IMG/VR virus record: IMGVR_UViG_3300021255_000042 | Span: 45,729-109,728 of that record | Source: a virus | Taxonomy: Duplodnaviria; Caudoviricetes | DNA length: 64,000 bases | Direction: 5' to 3' (one strand) | Part shown: one piece after another, positions 55,280-64,000 of the stretch | Position numbering within the stretch: the stretch's first letter is position 1 | Layout: each line of letters opens with the position of its first letter | Program-made: the position numbers and the translations under genes | The notes under the pieces: model-generated | The model's input: only the letters and a program-made list of their open reading frames with translations | The model's database searches: none | Told to the model about the DNA's origin: nothing

Positions 55280-56008
55280 TTATTCCGGCTCCGTAAACCC
55301 AGCTGCAATATCGTCTTCAGGGTCATGGTGGTCTCCGTGGTCTTCAGGACGAATACTTTCATCCTGGTCGCTATGGTTCGTGAACGGAGGAATGACAACA
55401 TGACAGTCAACGTAATCGGCGTAACGATACCCGGAATATTCGTTGAACCAAATCTGGTAATCTATCCAGTAAGGCTGGAGGCCATCATCAAAAGAAAGCG
55501 GCTGATCCCAATAAGCAAGCTGAAAACGATTAACAAGGGCTGGAAAATCTGCCTTATGAGCTTGAATAGCTGCATTGACCTTATTGAACACCTTCAGTCC
55601 ATCCAGCTCCACAACCTCATCGCTGTTGTTCAGACGATTCAAGATGTAGTGGATTCGCATCGTACCCTTACCCTCACCGATGCGGGACTGGCCCACATTG
55701 TAATACACGTTAATATAATGTATGAGGACGGCTGGGAAAGCAAGTGCATATTCTTCGTTGTGCTTGCTGTTCTTGATACGGGCCAGCTGACCATTGTCGA
55801 ACTTAATTGTCTTGAAAAGAAGCGGGCTGTTCGGATCGTTGTCATCAACCCGAATCTCCGACAATATTTTCTTCACGGCGTAATACGCTTCTACAAGCGC
55901 ATTAACACCAACCGCCTCTTCAATGGTCTTAACGCCGGTAGAGGTAACGACCTCTTCCTGCTCAACTACCGCCTGGGCGACTTCTTCTTGTGTCTTGCTT
56001 ACTATCAT
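55280..56008 (-). CDS. putative neck / tail-terminator protein
   Basis: FPAVLIHY motif and synteny with the virion morphogenesis gene. Confidence 0.5.
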   Translation of the reverse strand: MIVSKTQEEVAQAVVEQEEVVTSTGVKTIEEAVGVNALVEAYYAVKKILSEIRVDDNDPNSPLLFKTIKFDNGQLARIKNSKHNEEYALAFPAVLIHYINVYYNVGQSRIGEGKGTMRIHYILNRLNNSDEVVELDGLKVFNKVNAAIQAHKADFPALVNRFQLAYWDQPLSFDDGLQPYWIDYQIWFNEYSGYRYADYVDCHVVIPPFTNHSDQDESIRPEDHGDHHDPEDDIAAGFTEPE

Positions 56009-56511
56009 TACGGCAAACCAGCAAAAATCTTTGGTGTCAATTCCTTTATCTTTCTATCAAGCACCGTTGAGTGCCCGATGAATTGTCTCTGTATGCTGCG
56101 CCTCCCAGTATTACCGTAGGTGTAAGTACCGCTTGGCGCATTATGAACCGCCGCATAACAAAAACCCTTATGCCTGGCTGCGGTCAAATATTTTGATGGG
56201 TTCGTGTAAATCCGAACACCACCCTTGTTCGGCCCAGGCGCATCGTTCAGGTACTTCCATTCGATCGAATTCATCATCGTGCCGGTCTCCCTGAGGATTT
56301 CGTGCTTATAGTTCCGCTTCCTCGGTTTCCATGTGCGCGAACCGCTCGTGTTCAGCCGGTGCATATCGAACGACTGCTTGAATATGTCAACTGCGGCCCT
56401 GGCAAGTTCGACCTCAAAATTCCATACATTCAACTGGAAGCGGTGAGAGGCGTGCATCCATTGCTGCACGAACATCTCAGGTTTCAACTGTATGCCGCCC
56501 TTCTTAGCCAT
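56008..56511 (-). CDS. phage virion morphogenesis (Mu gpG-like) protein
   Basis: WKPRK..ILRETGTMMNSI, YAAVHN, IQRQFIG. Confidence 0.8.
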   Translation of the reverse strand: MAKKGGIQLKPEMFVQQWMHASHRFQLNVWNFEVELARAAVDIFKQSFDMHRLNTSGSRTWKPRKRNYKHEILRETGTMMNSIEWKYLNDAPGPNKGGVRIYTNPSKYLTAARHKGFCYAAVHNAPSGTYTYGNTGRRSIQRQFIGHSTVLDRKIKELTPKIFAGLP

Positions 56512-57352
56512 TCAGGTATTTCTCCTTTATCCGTTGAACTATCTCGGCCAGCCTGCCGGAATCGTTCGTGTTCACTTGGAAGTAAGGATGCTCATCCGAG
56601 AATATCCTACCTCCCAAGGCAACGCTCTCCTTAAACGTTGGATTGAACCAGTCCGGCATCGAAGGAATCTTCAGCGCGGCATTCTGCACCTTATCCAGCT
56701 TGAAGTTCGCATCATCGACTTCAACCAGGTAGCACCGGCACTGATGTTCAATCGGCGGGATCAGCCATTCCGGGAAGCGGCTCTTCGGTGCCGTGAATCC
56801 TTCGTACTGGAGGTGCCAGGGACGCACACGCTCATCGCCCTGCGTCATATACATCAACTCCGTGTCAGCCGGTATCACCACAAGAGCATCGGCTATCATC
56901 ATAGCATACTCAATATCCAAATTCTCAACATGGGCGTACTGAGAATTGTACGTCTTGCACACGCCTACAAGCAGCTCACGAATTTCATCTTCATCCAGCT
57001 CCTTCTCACGCGCCTCTTCAGCCACATTGTCTGCCTCGGACATCATCTGGTATTCCTCGGCAACGGCAAACTCTGCCAGGTTGTTGATTGCAGCTATAAT
57101 AATGTCTGCGCGTGCGCGGTCGAGTTCGGAGAGACTTTCGAGGTTGGACTGGATGAGTTGTATCGCATCGTCCCACTCCATACCGAAGCCGTGAATCGCG
57201 TGGTGGATTGCGAAGTCGGCGCGAAGGGCCATAAGTTCCTCCATCACTTCCCAGGGCTCTTCCATACCGTCACGCTCGTCCAGGAAACGCTCGAAGATTG
57301 CGAGGATAGCAAGATATTCCTTCTCCTTATCCTCGTCCGAGATTTCAGGCAC
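56504..57352 (-). CDS. MuF / SPP1 gp7-like minor head protein
   Basis: YMTQGDERVRPWH...PPIEHQCRC. Only a GTG start; probably reached by frameshift from the portal. Confidence 0.88.
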   Translation of the reverse strand: MPEISDEDKEKEYLAILAIFERFLDERDGMEEPWEVMEELMALRADFAIHHAIHGFGMEWDDAIQLIQSNLESLSELDRARADIIIAAINNLAEFAVAEEYQMMSEADNVAEEAREKELDEDEIRELLVGVCKTYNSQYAHVENLDIEYAMMIADALVVIPADTELMYMTQGDERVRPWHLQYEGFTAPKSRFPEWLIPPIEHQCRCYLVEVDDANFKLDKVQNAALKIPSMPDWFNPTFKESVALGGRIFSDEHPYFQVNTNDSGRLAEIVQRIKEKYLNG

Positions 57353-57390
57353 CTTCTGTGCAACGGCCCTGGAGAGTTCGTTCGCGCCCT

Positions 57391-58722
57391 TTAACGCCTC
57401 TCCCTTAAAAAATTTACCGCTTTTTCTCCCCTACGATGACCGTATCTTCGATAATACTCCTCGTCCGACATAATGTGATGGTCGTTTGGGCTTGTGGGGC
57501 CACCCACAGAACCACCGCCGACCCCATCCATAACATTAAGCTGCCGACCAACGACAATCCCAAAGTTTTTCTCAATTTCGTCAGCACTGACTTCATAACG
57601 CTCAGTAATAAATTCGTAGAGTTTAATCTGATCTTCATCAGACATTTCGATTTGCTTGCAGTACTTGAATTCGTTTCCAGCCTTCAAGAATCCCATTTTT
57701 ACGAGCCTGGGGATTATCTGCTCGTTCATTATGTTCTCGATGGAATCGCGGTACGCCTCCACGCGGTCGCGGAAGATGTCTTGGTGCGCACGGGTTGCGC
57801 CAACATAAGACTGCGTAGCACCGGCCATAGATTCAGAACCGAGGATAAGGTTCGAGACATCACGGTCAACCATCGCAATAAGGCCGGTGAAGATGTGCTC
57901 TGAATTCGACATCGTGAATGTCTTGATGTCAATTTCATCATCCAGGCCGGTCACGATGACCTTATTGGTGGCTGCGCTGGCGATGTCATTTGCCAGACGC
58001 TTACGATCGTTGTTGTTGTCTGCCGCCGCCTTGCCGTGAATGATGGGCTGGCCGTAGGTGTGTGAGAAATTCACGTAGTTGGCCATCGTGAACTTCTTGG
58101 CAAGGATAGACGGGGTTGTGGCCGCGAAAAGACCAATGCCGCCGGTATCAATCAGGATGTAGTTGTCGCGGTATTGCTCATCATCAAAGCTCCAACCAGG
58201 AACCCAGCACCCAGAACGCTGGCAAATCCTGCGCTGGGAAGGATATATGTTGCGGCGTTCGACCTGATTTACCTGAGCCAGACGACCGGTAAGCGGGCAA
58301 ATGTCAGGCATAATCTCGAAGCCGGTATAGCCGTACAGCTGGGCCTCGACAATGCCCCAGATAATCTTGGTAAATTCAGTTCCCTGGATTTTCTTGGTTT
58401 CCTCGTTGTCACGAACATACTTGCCCTTTTCATTCTGGTGGCAGAGCATATACCGTTCTCCGATAATCTGGGATTTGAGGGTTTCCAGGGTGCCCACGAG
58501 GTGCGCGTCCTGTTGTACGCACGCTTCGTAAAGGTCGATGAGCTTACTACGGTCATCGACAACAAAGCCGTTCTTCGCATCCTTCGGACGGATGGAGCGG
58601 AATCGGCAGTATCTCTCTATTTCACGAACATATTCCTGAATCGTCTTCTTGCTGGTGCGGAAAACAGCATCAAGCAATTCGAGATCAAGCTTCTCTTCGC
58701 TACTATTTGTTACTACGTCCAT
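57391..58722 (-). CDS. portal protein (DUF935 / Mu gp29-like)
   Basis: LIDLYE..QDAHL, EAQLYGY, FSHTYGQP, VSNLILG. Likely start MDVVTN. Confidence 0.85.
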   Translation of the reverse strand: MDVVTNSSEEKLDLELLDAVFRTSKKTIQEYVREIERYCRFRSIRPKDAKNGFVVDDRSKLIDLYEACVQQDAHLVGTLETLKSQIIGERYMLCHQNEKGKYVRDNEETKKIQGTEFTKIIWGIVEAQLYGYTGFEIMPDICPLTGRLAQVNQVERRNIYPSQRRICQRSGCWVPGWSFDDEQYRDNYILIDTGGIGLFAATTPSILAKKFTMANYVNFSHTYGQPIIHGKAAADNNNDRKRLANDIASAATNKVIVTGLDDEIDIKTFTMSNSEHIFTGLIAMVDRDVSNLILGSESMAGATQSYVGATRAHQDIFRDRVEAYRDSIENIMNEQIIPRLVKMGFLKAGNEFKYCKQIEMSDEDQIKLYEFITERYEVSADEIEKNFGIVVGRQLNVMDGVGGGSVGGPTSPNDHHIMSDEEYYRRYGHRRGEKAVNFLRERR

Positions 58723-58744
58723 TGCAGCAATACGTTTTATTGAA

Positions 58745-58771
58745 GAATAGCTCAAAACCCCATTTTCAGTT
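58745..58771 (-). promoter_or_regulatory. putative late promoter AAC-N18-CTATTC
   Basis: Lies 23 nt upstream of the portal ATG. Confidence 0.6.
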
Positions 58772-58898
58772 TTCTAAACTGTGCTTTGAATATGCCGTTC
58801 CAGATTCGACTGATTATTAAGTCGAATTTTTGAATAATTGTAAGTGGTTGTAAACCAGCATCTTCTGAAATTTTATTATATCAAAAACACATTTTCAT

Positions 58899-58929
58899 TT
58901 TGATACTTTTGGAATAATACATATCTTTG
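58899..58929 (+). promoter_or_regulatory. Bacteroidota sigma-A promoter TTTG-N19-TATCTTTG
   Basis: Perfect consensus upstream of the plus-strand operon. Confidence 0.75.
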
Positions 58930-58952
58930 CCGAAACTTAATTTAAGTGCCTT

Positions 58953-59489
58953 ATGTTCAATTACTATCGCATCAAAACAGACTGGCTTGCCGAGCAAGAA
59001 GACGGCAAGCTCCAGAAGACGAAGACTGAAGAACTGGTCTTTGCCTCATCCTACACAGAGGCCGAAAAAGTGGCCTATGCTCTCGCTGAGAAGTATGAAC
59101 GCGCCAAATTCGGCAGCTTCGAAATCGAGATTGTCAAGACGAAAATCTCCGAACTTCTCTACAGCAACATCCTCAGCACTGAAGAGACCACCGTCTGCGG
59201 CCTGATCAACAGCTACTTTGAGGAGCCCGACACGACCGGCATCGGTATGTACCAGGTAAAGGTGTATTACACCGAGGTCGATGAAGTATCTGGAAAGGAG
59301 AAACATAAGACCGAGACCATCTTCACACCGGCCCAGTCCAACTCCGATGCCAGCTACGCCGTCCTCGGCTACCTCAAAAAGATCGGCGAACAGCGTGACT
59401 ACGTTGTACGTGACGCAAAGTTCGACAAAGCTGAGGCCATCCTTCTCCCGACTGACGTTTACCAGTCAAAAGTAAACGCATTAGCTTAA
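58953..59489 (+). CDS. DUF4494-like protein
   Basis: QEDGKLQKTKTEELVFASSYTEAE and YQVKV...VDEVSGKEK motifs. Confidence 0.7.
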   Translation: MFNYYRIKTDWLAEQEDGKLQKTKTEELVFASSYTEAEKVAYALAEKYERAKFGSFEIEIVKTKISELLYSNILSTEETTVCGLINSYFEEPDTTGIGMYQVKVYYTEVDEVSGKEKHKTETIFTPAQSNSDASYAVLGYLKKIGEQRDYVVRDAKFDKAEAILLPTDVYQSKVNALA

Positions 59490-59935
59490 TGCCGGTTGTG
59501 GTTCCTGGGAAATCCACGGCATTACAACCTTCAGAGCACTCCTTCCCAGAATTTCCCGACCTGCTCTTCGGGGTCACAGTTGAGGGCACCAGCTTCTTTG
59601 ATGCCACTGATTATCTTCAAAAAATACAATCGCCCGCTTCCGTAGCGGACTTCTTCGAGCAATACAAGGCTCCGATCGCCTCCCTGGTGGATTCTTATGG
59701 AATCAAGGAAGACGAAGCGTGTATGCTTGCGCCGAACAAACACCTCATAGTTGACGGTAACTTGGTTTACCTTTTTATCTCTTTCGTGCAACCCGAATTC
59801 CTCGCGTATATGTGTGACCAGATGCAGCAGTTGTTCACTACCGGATTCTGCGTATCTGACACATTTATATACAACCTCGCCAAGACGAGGCTCAGCAAGG
59901 AGGTTCTACAAGAGATAATCAATGGGCAAGTTTAG
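59489..59935 (+). CDS. hypothetical protein (possibly KilA-N-like DNA binding)
   Basis: FFDATDYL...FISFVQPEFLAY pattern. Confidence 0.5.
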   Translation: MPVVVPGKSTALQPSEHSFPEFPDLLFGVTVEGTSFFDATDYLQKIQSPASVADFFEQYKAPIASLVDSYGIKEDEACMLAPNKHLIVDGNLVYLFISFVQPEFLAYMCDQMQQLFTTGFCVSDTFIYNLAKTRLSKEVLQEIINGQV

Positions 59936-60284
59936 CGAAGCAAGGAGAATCCTTGTATTTAACTCTGCAAAACGACTGGTGGCAATCTGCCAGTCCGTGA
60001 ACGCAACCGCAGAAATGTTTGGTGTCACCACGCAGGCAATCTTTTATGTCTGCTCCGGCAAGAGCATTTCCTGTAACCGCTATTATTTCCGTCACCTTGA
60101 AGAAGACATCGAAGTTACGCTGGATGATTTGGGCACGCTCAACGTCCAGACCTACGACCAGCTGTGCGGTAAGGAACGTCCGGTTTACCCGAACAGCAAA
60201 ATGTCCCGCAAGGGGATGAAGTACAAGAAAAGAATCTATGTAGCACCATCAACCCCCAAAAACAATGAAGAAAATCAAGGTTAA
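59922..60284 (+). CDS. NUMOD1-like HTH DNA-binding protein
   Basis: [27 protein letters not shown]...YYFR. Confidence 0.55.
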   Translation: MGKFSEARRILVFNSAKRLVAICQSVNATAEMFGVTTQAIFYVCSGKSISCNRYYFRHLEEDIEVTLDDLGTLNVQTYDQLCGKERPVYPNSKMSRKGMKYKKRIYVAPSTPKNNEENQG

Positions 60285-60708
60285 CGTTCTCAACGAATCG
60301 GCCTACGAGCTGCCGATTTACCAGACAAAGTATGCCGCCGGTCTCGACCTGAAGGCAAACATCGCAGAACCAATCACTCTCAGGTCTCTCGAACGCGTCC
60401 TCGTACCGACCGGCCTGAAGATGGAAATCCCCGTAGGCTATGAAGGCCAGGTACGCCCCCGCTCCGGCCTCGCCGCCAAGTTCGGCATCACCGTCCTCAA
60501 CACGCCCGGCACAATCGATGCCGACTACCGAGGTGAAGTCAAGGTAATCCTCGTGAACCTCTCTAACGAACCTTTCGTCATCAATCCTGGAGAACGCATC
60601 GCCCAGATCGTCTTCTCCAAGGTCGAGCAGGCAGAACTCATTCCCTCCCTCTTCCTCTCCGAGACGGATCGCGGAGAAGGCGGTTTCGGCCATACTGGAA
60701 GCAAATAA
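60265..60708 (+). CDS. dut: trimeric dUTPase
   Basis: [39 protein letters not shown]. Confidence 0.97.
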   Translation: MKKIKVNVLNESAYELPIYQTKYAAGLDLKANIAEPITLRSLERVLVPTGLKMEIPVGYEGQVRPRSGLAAKFGITVLNTPGTIDADYRGEVKVILVNLSNEPFVINPGERIAQIVFSKVEQAELIPSLFLSETDRGEGGFGHTGSK

Positions 60709-60719
60709 TTTGAGCAACT

Positions 60720-62648
60720 ATGGAGCAAAAAGTAGCCGAACTGCTTAAAATCATCAAGCAGCACAACAAATCCTATCGCAACGGCAAACCGGAAGTAACC
60801 GATGCTGTTTACGACAGAGAAGTTGAAATGCTCCGCGAACTCGATCCCGACAACAGCTGGTTCCATCGCCTGGAGCCAGCTGAAGTTCGGGCGAGACGCA
60901 AGAGCACCCTCCCGATTCCGATGAAGTCGCTGAACAAGGTGAAGGACATCGCCGACTTCAAGGGATGGCTTCGAAACGCCGGTGTAAACAATGACGATGA
61001 AATCGTAATCATGCCGAAATTCGATGGCCTTTCCCTGCTCTGCAACGAAGAGACTGGAGAAGCGTGGTCTCGCGGCGGCTCAGAAAACGAAGGCCAGGAC
61101 TGCACAAAGCACCTGAAAGCCGCCTGCGCACGTCACAGCAACTACTGGCCGTTCACCTACGGCGAGTTCGTTTTCAGTGTGAAAGGCTGGGAAACGAACT
61201 TCTCCAGCAAGATCAACCCGGAGACCGGCACCAAGTACAAGTCTCCCAGAAACACGGCGGCGGGCCTCCTCAACCGTGACGAGCCTTCTGACGACCTCCG
61301 CTACGTTGAATTCTACCGCTACGGCACCGACCCAGACACGGTTGGCCTCTACGAGAAATTCGATGACCTTCTGGCCGACCTTTGCGAATCCTTCTCCCAG
61401 AAGAAACTGTATAAGGTGTGCCATGCCGATGACGTGAAAGAAGAAATGTTCAACGAGTTATTCAAGGAGTGGCGCAAGGAATACTACATTGACGGACTGG
61501 TAATCTACGTGAACAATCTGAAACGCTGGGAATCGCTCGGACGTGCCAAAACCTCAGGAAACCCCAACTACGCAATCGCCTACAAGAGCCCGGACTTCAC
61601 GGACGCTTTCGATACCTGCGTGAAGGGTGTTGACTGGAAGGTAAGCAAGTCTGGTGCCCTGAAACCGGTTGTCAGCATCGACACAGTTGATACCGGCGAC
61701 TGTCAAATGGATTCCCCGACCGGCTACAACGCCAAGTGGATCAAGGATATGAAAATCGCTAAGGGAGCACGGGTACTCGTCACCAGGTCTGGCGGCGTAA
61801 TTCCGAAAATCCTTGAAACTATCAAACCCGCAAGCTTCAACGACATCACGGCCCTCTGGAATGAGATGGATAACTGCCCTCACTGCGGTGCGCCTACGGC
61901 GTGGAGCGGTACTGGAGTAGAACTGTGCTGCACGAATCCGATGTGTCCGGGCATCCGTCTCGCCAAGATCGTGTTCTTCTACCTCACCTGCGGTGCCGAG
62001 AACATCGGTGAGGAAACTCTGTCACGCCTTTTCAACGCCGGTTACAATTCCATCAACGCCATGCTGAACATCACGTTCAACCAGCTCCTGGAAATTGAGG
62101 GCTTCGGTGAAGGTATGGCAAACGTCATCATCGACAACAATAAGATGATCCGGGCTGGCATTCCTCTTCCGACACTGATGCACGCAAGCGACCAGTTCCC
62201 AGGAATCGGCGCAATCAAGGCCCAACAGATTCTTGACGGACTGGACGGCAAGGTTGAAGATGCACTGTACAATGGTGAGCCGGTGTCTGAGCTGCTGCCG
62301 CCGGAGGAAGAGATTGCCAATATGCCGGTTACTCTTCAGAACTTCTGGAACAACCTCACGAAGTTCCAGCGATTCGTTGAGCTGAACGGACTGGTGATTC
62401 GCCGAGCAACTGTTGTGACGGTTGACAAGAATGGTAAGTACAAGAACATGGCCGTCTGCTTCTCAGGCGTGCGCAACGCAGACCTGGAAACAGCAATTGT
62501 CAAGGGCGGCGGCAAGATTGCAAGCGGAGTGTCAAAAAAGACAACTCACCTGGTCGTTAAGGATAAAAGTGCAAATTCTGCAAAAATTCTTAAGTCCAAA
62601 GAGCTTGGAATCCCTATTCTTACTATGGATGAATTTCTGTCGTTCTGA
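60720..62648 (+). CDS. ligA: NAD-dependent DNA ligase
   Basis: PKFDG, PRNTAAG, IDGLV, IAYK, RSGGVIP, Zn finger, BRCT. Confidence 0.93.
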   Translation: MEQKVAELLKIIKQHNKSYRNGKPEVTDAVYDREVEMLRELDPDNSWFHRLEPAEVRARRKSTLPIPMKSLNKVKDIADFKGWLRNAGVNNDDEIVIMPKFDGLSLLCNEETGEAWSRGGSENEGQDCTKHLKAACARHSNYWPFTYGEFVFSVKGWETNFSSKINPETGTKYKSPRNTAAGLLNRDEPSDDLRYVEFYRYGTDPDTVGLYEKFDDLLADLCESFSQKKLYKVCHADDVKEEMFNELFKEWRKEYYIDGLVIYVNNLKRWESLGRAKTSGNPNYAIAYKSPDFTDAFDTCVKGVDWKVSKSGALKPVVSIDTVDTGDCQMDSPTGYNAKWIKDMKIAKGARVLVTRSGGVIPKILETIKPASFNDITALWNEMDNCPHCGAPTAWSGTGVELCCTNPMCPGIRLAKIVFFYLTCGAENIGEETLSRLFNAGYNSINAMLNITFNQLLEIEGFGEGMANVIIDNNKMIRAGIPLPTLMHASDQFPGIGAIKAQQILDGLDGKVEDALYNGEPVSELLPPEEEIANMPVTLQNFWNNLTKFQRFVELNGLVIRRATVVTVDKNGKYKNMAVCFSGVRNADLETAIVKGGGKIASGVSKKTTHLVVKDKSANSAKILKSKELGIPILTMDEFLSF

Positions 62649-62701
62649 CGGGATAATTTATTGGTTATTAGTTTTAGTGTTATTAATTATGTGGTTAGTC
62701 T

Positions 62702-62736
62702 GGAGGTCGCCTGTGAAGGCCACCTCCTTTCTTTTT
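62702..62736 (+). terminator. intrinsic terminator of the ligase operon
   Basis: GGAGGT...ACCTCC stem followed by TTTCTTTTT. Confidence 0.65.
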
Positions 62737-62739
62737 ATA

Positions 62740-62798
62740 GAGAAAGCCCCGCGTTTCGCAACGCAGGGCAATCGGAGCCAATAATGTCAAATTCAACC
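62740..62798 (-). ncRNA. candidate ~60-nt small RNA
   Basis: Perfect minus-strand promoter (62803-62833), then a 10-bp GNRA-capped hairpin plus UUUCU. No ORF. Confidence 0.5.
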
Positions 62799-62869
62799 TC
62801 GACAAAGATACATATTTCCACTAATCAAGCAAAATTTTTTGTATTATTTGCACATTTTTCAAAATATGT

Positions 62870-62900
62870 TTTGGAAGTTAGGTTCAGTTTTGTATATTTG
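62870..62900 (+). promoter_or_regulatory. Bacteroidota sigma-A promoter TTTG-N19-TATATTTG for the recombinase
   Basis: Perfect consensus. Confidence 0.7.
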
Positions 62901-62930
62901 CACTCGAAAGTGAAACAAATTTAAGTGCCT

Positions 62931-63521
62931 ATGGCAAAGAAAAACCAGCTAACTGCCGCTGACATATTTACTTACGTTGAATACAAGAACCTGGTTGACC
63001 GGCTCCACGAGGACGGCGAATACCGTATCGAACTGTTCGCACGCCTACAATTCTGCACCGCCTGCCGCGCCGGAGACGTTCTTAATTTCCGCTGGAAGGA
63101 CATTTTGCACCAGGATAAGCTTGTCGTGACGGAGCAAAAGACTGGAAAAACACGCGCCATCACTTTCAATACGACCGTCTGCAAGACCTTCGGCGACCTG
63201 TACAAGCTGCTTGGAGAACCAGACAAAGACCAGCTCATCTTCAAATCTCCCTACGGAGAAGATAAGCCAATCTCCATCCAGTTTGTCAACCGAGAACTGA
63301 AACGCATCAAAAGAAAGTACCGCCTGAAGATCGGCAACTTCTCCACGCACACCTTTCGCAAAACCTTCGGGCGGTACGTGTACGACAAGAACAACCACAG
63401 CGCGGAATCCCTTATCCTGCTGAACAAGATATACAAGCACTCCAGCCTGGAAATCACTAAGACCTACATCGGCATTACTCAGGACGAAATTGACGGAATC
63501 TTCAACTCCATCCAGTTCTGA
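62931..63521 (+). CDS. tyrosine recombinase, catalytic domain only
   Basis: CRAGD (R), EQKTGK (K), HTFRKT (HxxR), KHSS...TKTYIG (H, Y). Likely start MAKKNQ. Confidence 0.92.
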   Translation: MAKKNQLTAADIFTYVEYKNLVDRLHEDGEYRIELFARLQFCTACRAGDVLNFRWKDILHQDKLVVTEQKTGKTRAITFNTTVCKTFGDLYKLLGEPDKDQLIFKSPYGEDKPISIQFVNRELKRIKRKYRLKIGNFSTHTFRKTFGRYVYDKNNHSAESLILLNKIYKHSSLEITKTYIGITQDEIDGIFNSIQF

Positions 63522-63612
63522 TATAATATACCCAATTGAAGCGTGAATCTTTCACGCCCTTTGCATCTTCCCTTGCCGCCGGTCAATTTTTTACCGGCAC
63601 ACACGCATCAGT

Positions 63613-64000
63613 ATGAGCAAGAAAGACATCGGGCGTTTTGATTCGCTACAGTACGACTGCAAGAAATGCGGGCGGCACTGTGATCTGGAATTCTTCGACC
63701 ATACAGCCCCCATGACGAAATATATGCGTCAGAAGGGCCTGTGCTTTCATTGTGCATTCTGGGACAAGTTCGAAAACGAGCCTGAGAAGTACGAGGTGGT
63801 CGGCGGCAACATATATGAACACGGGTCGCCACTCTTTATGATCAACACAAAGAGCGGCAAAGTCAGGCTCCGCTACTTCATCGGCTTTGACCGCAAGCTC
63901 AAAAAGCTCCACTTCTCCAGGTTCATAGGAAGGGTGCCTGAAGGGATGGATATACCAGACACGGGCGTATTCATTGCGATGAGCACCTTCAAGCGTATCG
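63613..64000 (+). CDS. hypothetical Zn-finger-like protein, truncated by window end
   Basis: Not in the ORF track. MSKKDIGRF...CKKC...CFHC, open to the window end. Confidence 0.6.
   Translation, partial: MSKKDIGRFDSLQYDCKKCGRHCDLEFFDHTAPMTKYMRQKGLCFHCAFWDKFENEPEKYEVVGGNIYEHGSPLFMINTKSGKVRLRYFIGFDRKLKKLHFSRFIGRVPEGMDIPDTGVFIAMSTFKRI

Noticed and set aside
62661-62924. 87-aa plus-strand ORF between ligase and recombinase
   Set aside because: It runs through two terminator hairpins and two promoters, has a TTG start and looks non-coding.
1-64000. CRISPR arrays, tRNAs, rRNA, IS elements, stop-codon reassignment
   Set aside because: No regularly spaced repeats, cloverleafs or transposase motifs were seen. 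Genes are full length in the standard code, and TAA, TAG and TGA all serve as stops.

Overview
The whole window looks like part of a large contractile-tailed (myovirus-type) dsDNA phage or prophage of an anaerobic Bacteroidota host. The host is inferred from TTTG-N19-TAnnTTTG promoters, the anaerobic RNR and a DUF4494-like gene. No host housekeeping genes, tRNAs or CRISPR arrays are visible. Minus strand, right to left: head module (portal, MuF, Clp protease/scaffold, capsid); tail and baseplate module containing a complete diversity-generating retroelement (2103-aa target, VR, hairpin, avd-like gene, TR, RT); nucleotide metabolism (thyX, nrdDG); replication/recombination (SSB, SbcCD, RuvC-like, ECF sigma, DnaB-like helicase, primase, split DnaE, Pif1 helicase, guanylate kinase, exonuclease); TerS, holin and amidase. 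The plus strand from 58.9 kb carries DUF4494, dUTPase, NAD-dependent ligase and a tyrosine recombinase. Best leads: (1) DnaE is split into two genes around a helicase, and each half carries a catalytically dead intein-like tag; (2) a candidate -1 frameshift fuses portal to MuF and shares a GGTAAATTT slip motif with a tail-chaperone frameshift; (3) the DGR targets a giant CotH-kinase-like/CLec protein and its TR lies in frame inside the RT ORF; (4) an AAC-N18-CTATTC late-promoter regulon occurs 7 times; (5) a ~60-nt promoter-to-terminator sRNA sits divergent from the recombinase. All family assignments come from motif recognition by eye, not database searches.
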